This document shows, in pieces, positions 9,466 through 19,000 of a stretch of DNA of 32,000 nt (position 1 is its first letter; each line of letters begins with the position of its first letter). Origin of the DNA: Candidatus Pacearchaeota archaeon (lineage in GTDB: Archaea > Nanobdellota > Nanobdellia > Pacearchaeales > UBA284). The stretch lies in the NCBI GenBank assembly GCA_026016245.1, contig CP061211.1, positions 390,001 through 422,000 of the forward strand, written 5' to 3'. The notes under the pieces are model-generated. The model had not been told where the DNA came from. It did no database searches and saw only the letters and a program-made list of their open reading frames with translations. Both the position numbers and the translations under genes were made by a program.

Positions 9466-9939
9466 TTACTCACTTTTTTCTTTGCCCTCTTTCTTTTTTA
9501 ATTCTTCTGAAAGTCTCTTTATGAGAACTGTTCTTTCAATTTTTAATTTTTTTAAAATAGCGTCATACTGATGTAATCTTGCGGCAAGGTCATTAATCAA
9601 AGCATTCATATCCTCATTCTTGAATGCAAGGTTTGTTGGCTCTACTATCTCGATTGAGGAGGGCATGTAATCAAAAATTATTTCAATAATACGAGGAAGT
9701 TTATTGATAAGAATCTCAACTTCTGCAAATGCTGTAAAGACCTTTTCTGTTTTTTCTACAGGTTTGGCCTTATGAATCTTCTTCCCTAAAAATTCTAAAT
9801 TTTTTTCTTTTGACAGCTTTTCTAATAACATCTCAAGTGCATTTTCAACATAATCTGCTGGTTTACCAAGAACTTCAAAGACTAGATGAACATTTAGCCA
9901 TCCGCCAGCAATCCTATCTCTTATTTCTTTTTTGTCCAT
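9466..9939 (-). CDS. Hypothetical protein, helical
   Basis: 157-aa ORF MDKKEIRDRIAGGWLNVHLVFEVLGKPADYVENALEMLLEKLSKEKNLEFL..., charged C-terminal coiled-coil-like tail. Confidence 0.7.
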   Translation of the reverse strand: MDKKEIRDRIAGGWLNVHLVFEVLGKPADYVENALEMLLEKLSKEKNLEFLGKKIHKAKPVEKTEKVFTAFAEVEILINKLPRIIEIIFDYMPSSIEIVEPTNLAFKNEDMNALINDLAARLHQYDAILKKLKIERTVLIKRLSEELKKKEGKEKSE

Positions 9940-9964
9940 ATTATTCTTTCTTTTTTTATTCTTT

Positions 9965-11341
9965 TTAAATTTTCTTAATTATCAAATAGATGACAAGAAG
10001 CAAAGCTATTGAACTTAAAATGTAAGGCATAGTTCTATTAATCAAAAAACTTTCTGATTCTGCATAACCAGGATATGAATAAGTTCTAGAACTATATTTT
10101 TGTTCTTCATTTTCAGATTTTATTGAGGTAGTAGTTGTTTCTGTCTCTTCTGTTGATTCACAAGGCTCTAATTTTATTTTTTCCATATCAGAAGTGTCAA
10201 GTCCTTCTGCAATAATTTCATAGATTCCTTCTTCATTCTTGCATTTTAGAGTTATTTCCACAGTTTCTGTCTGGGTTTGAAATTTCTCATCAAAATGCAA
10301 GCTGATTTTATCACTAACTTTTATTCCCTCATTATCTTGAACATAGACATAGATGGAATATTTTGCTGTGTCTCCTCTATAAACCTCAATTTCTATTCTA
10401 ATTTTTTCACCAAATTTTGCTTTTTCAGGAAACTCAATAATATTTATTTCAGATTCTTCTTGAATATCACATTTAACCTTTATATCCTCATCATCAAACT
10501 GCTCATACGAGCTTGAACCTGTTTCCCTTATCTTGGGCCTCAATATTGCATCACCCTCAAAATCCTCAATCTTAAATTTTAATTTCACATCTCCTTCACC
10601 ATTTTCAATTTCTAAAGCCTTTATAATATACTTATTTGTGGACTGCCATTTTTCTTCATCATCATTCCAGACTTTTCCAATACGATCTTCGCTATCTTCT
10701 TCTAGAATGTCTATTTTTACATCATAATCACCATCTTCAAAACCACTGGCCTCAATCTCTATATAAAATTCTTCATTACATTCAACTTCAGATGGATAAT
10801 CTAAATCAATTTCTTTTTCCTGCTGTTGCTGCTGTGTACAATTATTTTTCTGTCCAGGTGTTGGTATACAAAAAGTCCAATTATCTGCTCCATCAGGATT
10901 TCGAGAAATGGAATTGGCCGGACAATTTGACTCGGTATTATAACTCATATTTGTAGAATAATTATAATTTTCAGAAAAGAAAATGAGACTATCATTCTTT
11001 GCTAACCCATTTCCTATTTTTTTATCGTCAACATAAAAAAAGATTATAGATGTATTAGTTATCGATGAAATATTTGTTGAATTACCAAGAATTATAAAAA
11101 AAGAAGAATTAGGGACTATAGAACAATTAGAACTACCACAAATTATATTGTCAGTTTCATAATTGTCTCTTATTTGCCATTCTGATAAATTTAATAATTG
11201 CATAGAAGGATTATATATTTCAACCCATTCCTTTGTTTCATTACCACACTGCATTACCTCATTTATCACAATTGCAGATACTGAAGGAATTAAAATAAAT
11301 ATTATAAAAATGAAAATTAAAAGGGTAAAAGGTATTTTCAT
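9965..11341 (-). CDS. Secreted lamin-tail-domain (LTD) protein with C-terminal membrane anchor
   Basis: Signal peptide then SAIVINEVMQCGNETKEWVEIYNPSMQLLNLSEWQIRDN...CSIVPNSSFFIILGN (LTD signature); acidic beta-rich middle; C-terminal TM TMPYILSSIALLLVIYLIIKKI. Confidence 0.8.
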   Translation of the reverse strand: MKIPFTLLIFIFIIFILIPSVSAIVINEVMQCGNETKEWVEIYNPSMQLLNLSEWQIRDNYETDNIICGSSNCSIVPNSSFFIILGNSTNISSITNTSIIFFYVDDKKIGNGLAKNDSLIFFSENYNYSTNMSYNTESNCPANSISRNPDGADNWTFCIPTPGQKNNCTQQQQQEKEIDLDYPSEVECNEEFYIEIEASGFEDGDYDVKIDILEEDSEDRIGKVWNDDEEKWQSTNKYIIKALEIENGEGDVKLKFKIEDFEGDAILRPKIRETGSSSYEQFDDEDIKVKCDIQEESEINIIEFPEKAKFGEKIRIEIEVYRGDTAKYSIYVYVQDNEGIKVSDKISLHFDEKFQTQTETVEITLKCKNEEGIYEIIAEGLDTSDMEKIKLEPCESTEETETTTTSIKSENEEQKYSSRTYSYPGYAESESFLINRTMPYILSSIALLLVIYLIIKKI

Positions 11342-11485
11342 TTTTACTTAAAAGATAAGAGCTATAAAATTTTTACTACCTACTTGTCACTACTTCAGGG
11401 TTTCGAAGAACGAAAGTTTTAAAAAAGAAAAAAAATAAATAGTTTAGAATCATCAAGGAATTATTAAGATTCAGGCTAAGGGAAA

Positions 11486-12784
11486 ATGTTAGGTTTAGAA
11501 TATTTGTTATCGGTTTTAATATCCACTACTCCAGCTGATAAAGATCAAAAAGATATTAATGAATATCTGAAAAATCTTAATCCATGGGAAAAAGATAGTG
11601 TTGAAGTTGTACAAGAAGATAGCATGGATATAACATTTCCAGCAATAGATGCAATAACCGAAGAAGAGCCTTATTATTTCTTTGGAAATTTAGGTACTCC
11701 ATTTAATTTTAAAGGAGCTATTGGAAAAGAAACAAGATTTGGGAAAGCAAAAATTAATGCACTAGCTTATATGGATGTAGGAATAGATCCGAACAGAGGC
11801 GAAGTAGGGGGAGGAATAGGAAGTGAATATGCAGGAACTAGAGGAGCTTTTAATATTGGGGTAAATAGAGGAAGCTTGCATACTACAGATTCAACTTTAA
11901 TGACGCAAAGTACACCTTATGGAAGAATAGCTGAACAAACAATTTCAAACCAAGATGATAAGAAATTAAAAAAATTCTTAGGTTTGAGTTTTGGTGCTGG
12001 TGAAAAAAATAAGATTTATGTTGGATTTGGAAATAAAAATACAAGTGAGGATGTTAAAGATGCTACTTCTAATCATTATGATGAAATTTTCCATGATGTA
12101 GAACAAAAGAATCAGAATGGGGTGATTATTACTACAGAAACAAATCTAGTCACAAGAGTCGCAACTGATGTAAGATCAATAATCAAGACTGATATGAATG
12201 AAAATCGTTTCTTAGTGCAAGGATCTCATGATTTTGGGGATCTAGAATTGGGGATGGCTACTTATCTAAATAACAACAGAGTTAGAAATACAATTGACAA
12301 TAGAATAAATACTATTACTAATATAAATGGTGAGATTATTGTAAATGTTGATGTAAATGGTAATGTTTATGTTGATACTATTCCAGTTTCAAGCCATGAC
12401 AAAGAATACAATAGGTTTGTTACAAGAGATTTTATAGATTCTAATGCTGATCTTATCGGATTATGGCTGAAATATGGAAGAAAAGATAAGGTAAATGGTG
12501 TTTTTGATTTTGAAAAGGGTGTTTTTAATTCAAGAGACTGGAGTTTTAGAAACAGGTTAAATTATATGATCAAAAATAAGATAGTTAATTCAGTAGATTT
12601 TAGTGTGAATAATACTTCAATTGGTGGCAGCTTGCGATTTGATTTAAATATGATTCCTAAAGATTATATTAAACAAGAGAAGCTTCCCAATCCATTAAAA
12701 AATTTGACAAATTTCTATGATCATAATAGGGAAATTGATAGAAGAGTTGATCTTAGTGATAAGCAGAAAAAAATTCTAGAGTAG
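11486..12784 (+). CDS. Beta-strand-rich envelope protein, 5' portion of an amber-interrupted reading frame
   Basis: 432-aa ORF ending ...SDKQKKILE* with TAG at 12782-12784. Gly/aromatic alternating strand pattern (VGGGIGSEYAGTRGAFNIGVNRGSL, FGLSFGAGEKNKIYVGFGNKN, GLWLKYGRKDKVNGVFDFEKGVF). Confidence 0.65.
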   Translation: MLGLEYLLSVLISTTPADKDQKDINEYLKNLNPWEKDSVEVVQEDSMDITFPAIDAITEEEPYYFFGNLGTPFNFKGAIGKETRFGKAKINALAYMDVGIDPNRGEVGGGIGSEYAGTRGAFNIGVNRGSLHTTDSTLMTQSTPYGRIAEQTISNQDDKKLKKFLGLSFGAGEKNKIYVGFGNKNTSEDVKDATSNHYDEIFHDVEQKNQNGVIITTETNLVTRVATDVRSIIKTDMNENRFLVQGSHDFGDLELGMATYLNNNRVRNTIDNRINTITNINGEIIVNVDVNGNVYVDTIPVSSHDKEYNRFVTRDFIDSNADLIGLWLKYGRKDKVNGVFDFEKGVFNSRDWSFRNRLNYMIKNKIVNSVDFSVNNTSIGGSLRFDLNMIPKDYIKQEKLPNPLKNLTNFYDHNREIDRRVDLSDKQKKILE

Positions 12785-13069
12785 AAAAATTTTATTGAAC
12801 ATCTAGGAAAAAAAGATGGTCCTTGGTTTGCTTTTGATATAGAGAAAACTTATGGAGATCCTAGCCAGCGGAGATTTGGGACATCATTAGGATATGATGT
12901 ATTAGGGAAATTTAGTACTTGGGCTAGTTTTGGTTATGATTCTTTCCAGAGCACAAAAGATATTTCAGCTTACCTTGCCCTCAAAAATGGTATTGGGTTT
13001 AATGCCGGATATAAATGGAGTAAAGAGGATAAGGAAGGCAATTTAGGGATACTTTATGTTCCAAGATAA
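12785..13069 (+). pseudogene. In-frame continuation of 11486..12784 after amber codon (94 sense codons then TAA); no in-frame ATG
   Basis: Manual translation in the same frame: KNFIEHLGKKDGPWFAFDIEKTYGDPSQRRFGTSLGYDVLGKFSTWASFGYDSFQSTKDISAYLALKNGIGFNAGYKWSKEDKEGNLGILYVPR*. Same beta-rich style. Either recent nonsense mutation, readthrough, or sequencing/assembly error. Confidence 0.6.
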
Positions 13070-13082
13070 ATAAAAATAAAAA

Positions 13083-16000
13083 ATGAATAAAAAAGCTAGG
13101 TTAATTTTGAATTTGATTCCAATCTTTATACTTATACCTCTCTTACTTGGTTCTTTTGTTGTTCCTAATGATATTAGTGAGGGTTTTTATGAGTCTAAGA
13201 TAATAAATTCAGTAAAAGAAGAATTGGATATTATTGATCCCCCACCTACATTACAGTTTTTTTCTGATACTCAACACACTAATACTACGGCTGTTCTAAC
13301 TGCTATTGCAACAGATTATTTGGAGAATGCTGGAATAAGATGGATTAAAATATATGAGGATGGCCAAGAATGGGAATATAAAGATTGTGGTGGACAGACA
13401 ACTTGTACTTTTGTTAAGGTAAAAGTTGAGACACAGCCAGCAAATCACACTTATTATGCTGAAACCAAAGATTTAGGTAATCATGTTGTTCAGTCTGACC
13501 CAATTACAATATGGTTTGAGGGTTTAAATCAGCTTCCTATTATTGATGATTATGTCCCTCAAGATTTAACTCCAGAAATTAATGAAGGTGAAACTTTACA
13601 TTTTGAAGTTTGGGCTCATGATCCTAACAATGATCCTTTATTCTATACATGGAAATTAGATGGCCAAGAAGTTTCAACTATAAGTTCTTATGATTATAAT
13701 CCTGATTACAATGCTTCTGGACTTCATGATGTTTATGTTATTGTTTATGATAATAAAGGTGGGACTGTAACTTTGGTCTGGAATGTTACTGTTATCAATG
13801 TTCTACTTAATACAACTTGTTATTTGAATTTTGATCCAACAAGTCCAATCACTTATAGCACACCATTAAATGCCTCATGTTATTGCACAAATCCTGAAGC
13901 TCCTGAAAGATTATGGAGAAATAATATTAATATAGATAATGAAAATAATGTGTTTGTTATTATTGAAGCTGGAACACATAATTATACTTGTAATGTCACA
14001 CAAACCCCAAATTATCAAGGAGCAAGCAATTCAAGCCTTTATGTGATTAATCCTGTTGATCATAATATCCGTTTGACTTTGGATGGACAGGAGAATGATT
14101 TGGCTGTCCCTTATAATTCAACAACTAATGCAACAGGATGGTTAGAAATAACTCAAGGAGCATCTAATGCTTTACTTTACAGAGATTTTCAAGTAGTAGC
14201 AAGCGGAAGTCCTGCTACTGAAATTGCTCTCTTGGGTGTTGACCTATATAATTATACATATTATTATCCTGCATCACAAAACTATACTGAACAAAGCCTA
14301 ACAAGATGGTTGAATGTTACACAAGGAATTAGTTCTTGCACACTTAATTTTGTTCCTCCAAGTCCTATCACTTACGACCAACAGCCATTCATAGCTTCAT
14401 GTTCATGTACAAATCCTGAAGCTGGCGCAGAATTATGGAGAGATGGAGTTAATGTAACTAATGAGAACAACCTACCTATAACTTTAGTTGTAAATCCTGC
14501 TGGTTATAATTATGTATGTAATGTTACAGCAACTCAAAATTATACAGGGGCAAGCACTTCTGCTCTGTATGTAATAAACCAAGCTACTACAATTTTAACT
14601 TTGACAGCTCAGCCAAGTTGGAATGTTACTTATGGAATACAAACAAATGTTTCTTGTAGTGCTAATAATAATGAAGTCACAATAAATCTTTACAGAAATG
14701 GACAGATTGTAAATAATCCAGATATTGCAACATTAGGGGCTGGAAATTATAATTATGTTTGTAACACAACTGGAAGCCAGAACTGGACAGCTGCTTCTGT
14801 AAATAATATTTTGAATGTTAATCAAGCAGCTTCTATTGTTGATTTGAGACTTAATGGAATTGATAATAATATAACTGTTAATATTAGTGAGCTTGTGAAT
14901 ATGACTGGCAGACTTATTATCCCATCTAATCCTAATCCTCAACAACAACCTATAATAGATGGTATTGGGCATAATGAACCTGAAACAGATGCTATACCAT
15001 TACCACGACAAGGTCTTTATGAAATTTATCTTTACTTGGATATACAACTTATCAATATTGGCAATCATACTGTTACTAATGTTACAAGTTTCAATCAGAC
15101 AGGGATTCATAATGTAACTGTTATTTATCCAGGCAGTCAGAATTTCTCAAGTTCTTATGAAACACACTGGATTAATGTTTCAGGTGTTGGCGATACTGAG
15201 CCTCCTGTTGTTACTCTTATATTCCCACCTAATAGTTCAACAACTAGCGAAAATGTAACGGTGATATATAATGTAACAGATAATATTGATGTTTTACTTG
15301 ATTGTAATATTTGGTCAGATACATCAGGAATATGGCAGATAGATGGTTCTCAGCAAACAGCTAATGCAACTAATGGGAATTGGAATTATGTTAACCTGGT
15401 AAATGGTATTTATACTTGGAATATTGAATGTATTGATGATTCTGCTAATAGTGCTTTTGCCATAGAAAACTGGACATTTATAGTTAATGTCAGTGTTAAT
15501 CAGCCACCTGTTGTTACTTTATTGTCTCCTGCTAATGGCTCTGTGATTAATACAACAAATAATGTAACTGCTGAGTTTGGTGTTGTTGATGAATTGCTTC
15601 TTATCAATTGTACTTTATGGCATAATATAACAGGAAGCTGGCTACCAAATCAAAGTCAGATGGCAATGACTGGCGTAGTTAATAGTTTTGATATAACAGA
15701 GATACCAAATGATTATTACATCTGGAATGTTGAGTGTAATGATACAGAGTATAGTGTATTTGCTCCTGATAACTGGACTTTTACAATTAATTATACTGGT
15801 GACTTAATTCCTCCAGATGTTTGGAATGTGAGTGCAAATCCTCAAGTAATTAACCAGTCAGATTCAACACAAATAGAGGCTTTTGCAAGAGACAATGTTG
15901 CTATAGATACAGTTCTTGCTCAAGTTACATATCCTGATTTAACACAAAACAATTTCACCATGATTCCTGGAATGGTTGTATTTCAATATTTATACAATTT

Positions 16001-19000
16001 CACTGATACTCTACAAATTGGAAATTATAGTGTTAGAATTTTTGCTAATGATACTAGCAATAATTGGAATACTACAGAAACAACATGGTTTTTTGTTCAA
16101 GTTATTCCAGGTTATGGAAATACAACAACGATAATAATACAGCCAGCAAATAATTCTATATTTAATTTAACTGATATATTTATCACAGAAGCTAATGTTA
16201 CAGCTGTTGGAGGAGATGTTGTAAATTGTAATGCAACAATAACCTTTTCAAATGGAAATGTATTAACAACTCCACAAGCAGTTAATGTTCTTGGAAATAT
16301 TGCTAATGGCACTACAAAAGTAACACAATGGAATGTTACTGCTGCAGCTGTCGGAAGTTCAGACATAACTATAACAACAACTTGTGAATTTGGTGGAAGT
16401 TCTTCAGATACTGTTTATAATATTACTGTTACTGAAGATACTGAGCCACCTGTTGTGATAATTGAAAGTCCTTTAAATATTACATATTCTGTAAATGATA
16501 TTTTAATTAACATAACTGCAACAGATGATAATGCTGTTGATCAAATATGGTTTAATTATAATGGCACTAATGTTACTTATACAGTACCATTTATTGAAAC
16601 ATTTGAAGATGGTTTTTATATAATGGATGCATGGGCAAATGACACAAGTGGAAATATTGGTAGTGATCAAGTCATGTTTACAGTAAATACAACAGCTCCA
16701 GCTGCAAACTGGATTGTTTTTAGTGAAGTACTTTATGATGCTGTTACACCTGAAGATGATAATGAATGGATAGAACTTTATAACCCAACTTCTCAAGATA
16801 TTGATATTTCTGGTTGGACAATACAAGATAATAATGGAACATGGGTAATACCTAATGGAACAATTATTGGTACAGGAAAATTTATAAGCATTGCAAGAAA
16901 TGGCACAGCTTATTATAATATGTATAGTTTAATTCCACATCTAGAAGGCTTAACTTTAAGGTTAGCTAATAGTGGTGATATCTTAAGACTTTATAATGCA
17001 AGTAATGAAATTGATATGGTATCGTGGGAAGACTTTATTGCTGGATGGCCAAATTATGCTAATGAAAATTTTTCAACACAAAGACAACCACCATGGCAAG
17101 ATACAAACACAAGTGCTGATTGGACAAATAATTCTATACCAACGCCTGTAGGAACAATTCTAAGCTTAGGAGTTGACATATGGGCCGACACATATTATCA
17201 AGAAATATTGCCAGGAATAAATGCAACTTATACTATTTTTGTAAATAATACTGGAACATCTCCAAATACTTTCAATCTTAGTGTTCAGAATTTGAATAAT
17301 GCAGACATTGCTGCTCTTGATATTTATCAAATGACTTTAAATGCTGGAGAAACTCAAAACACAACACTATATGTTTCTGATACCACCCCAGGGATTTATA
17401 ATGTAACTGTTACTGCAACTGATTCTGATAATTCTTCTGTATTTGATATAACAAATAACATTACAACAAATGTAACTGTCTTGCCTGATATGCCACCTTG
17501 GTATTTGAATGAACAAGTTAATCCTACAAGCCCTACTGTTTATGGTCCAGGACCTTATAATTTTACTATAGAATGGTTAGATAATGTTGCTGTTTATACT
17601 GTGATATTTGAATTTGATAACCAAAATTACACACCTAATTGTAATCCTGGATTGCCAACAGCAGACACAAACTGTAGTTATGTTTTTACTGACTTGGGTG
17701 TAGGAAATTACAACTATAGATGGTATGCTAATGATACAATTAATCAATGGAATTCAACTTTATCACTAGTTTATATTATTAATAAACAAACTTCAACCTG
17801 CTCATTATCCTTTGCCCCTCCTTCACCAATAACTTATGACCAACAGCCTTTCATTGCACTATGCTCTTGCACAAATCCTGAGGCTAATGCTGAATTATGG
17901 CGTGATGGTTTGAATGTAACAAATGAAAATAATTTACCTGTAACTCTAACTGCAAATCCTCCTGGTTATAATTATACATGTAATGTTACAGCAACTCAAA
18001 ATTATACAGGGGCAAGTGTTAATGCAATGTATATTATTAATCAAGCAACAAGTGAAGTTAATTTAACATTAAATGGAACAGATGGTGATATAACAGTAAA
18101 TGTTTCAGAAATTGTAAATATAACTTGCCATCTTATTATACCAACAACAGGTTATATTGAAGTTTATGATAATAGTATCTTAATAAATAATGGAAGTGCT
18201 CCTCTAGAAAACCTAACAAGTTACTCATCTGAAGGATTACATAATATAACTTGTGCTTATCCTTCAACACAAAATTATACAGCAAGCAGTGAAACACACT
18301 GGATTAACGTAACTTCTGTTATGTTGCCAGGAGAAGTTCATTTATGGTTGAATGGAACAGAAGGAAATTTAACTATAACCTATAATAATGAAAATTTGAA
18401 ATTTAATGCTTCAACTCCTTATGGAAATGTTAGTATTAGAAGAAATGGAACTCTTATAGCTGGTCCTGCTGCTAACTATGTAGAAGTTTTTGAAAACTTG
18501 CCTGCAGGTTACTATAATTTTACTGCTTATAGCACAGGAGACGAGAACCACAGTTCAGCTTCAGTAACATATTTTTTAACAATCAATAAATTAAATTCAT
18601 CTCTAACCTTATTATTAAATGATCAGAATAATGATATAACAATTATAGAAGGAGAGAATGTTAATCATACTGGTATGCTTAATATACCAACAACAGGTGA
18701 TTTAAGCTTGTTAAGAAATGGAACCCAATTTGCTTTTGGTCCAAGTCCTTTAATTGATATCTCCATATACAACAATCCTGGTTATTATAATATTACATCT
18801 TATTATGCTGGTAATGAAAACTATAGTGAAGGAAGTGCTACACATTTCATTACAGTTCTTGAGGCTATACATGATATCAGTGTTGATTCCATAGAATTGA
18901 TTAAGGAAGTTAATGGAACAAATAAAAGCATTTCAAGTTCAACTGTATGGCTTTATGATATTGTTTATGTGAAAGCCAATGTAAGTAATGTTGGTAATCA

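Noticed and set aside
11342-11485. Divergent intergenic region containing tttcgaagaacgaaagttttaaaa, considered as a regulatory inverted repeat or ncRNA
   Set aside because: Only a partial inverted symmetry (TTCGAAGAACGAA) and a TATA-like stretch are visible; not enough to call a feature without comparison or RNA data.
12782-12784. Genome-wide amber recoding (TAG as sense) as explanation for the interrupted gene
   Set aside because: TAG terminates the fused primase 6 nt before the next ATG, the EndoQ-like gene and the 361-aa gene at natural-looking C-termini, so global reassignment is unlikely. Site-specific explanations remain open.
14733-16826. Several 79-107-aa minus-strand ORFs inside the giant surface gene
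   Set aside because: Antisense shadows of a long repetitive gene, with low-complexity Ile/Thr/Ser content and no promoter signals.
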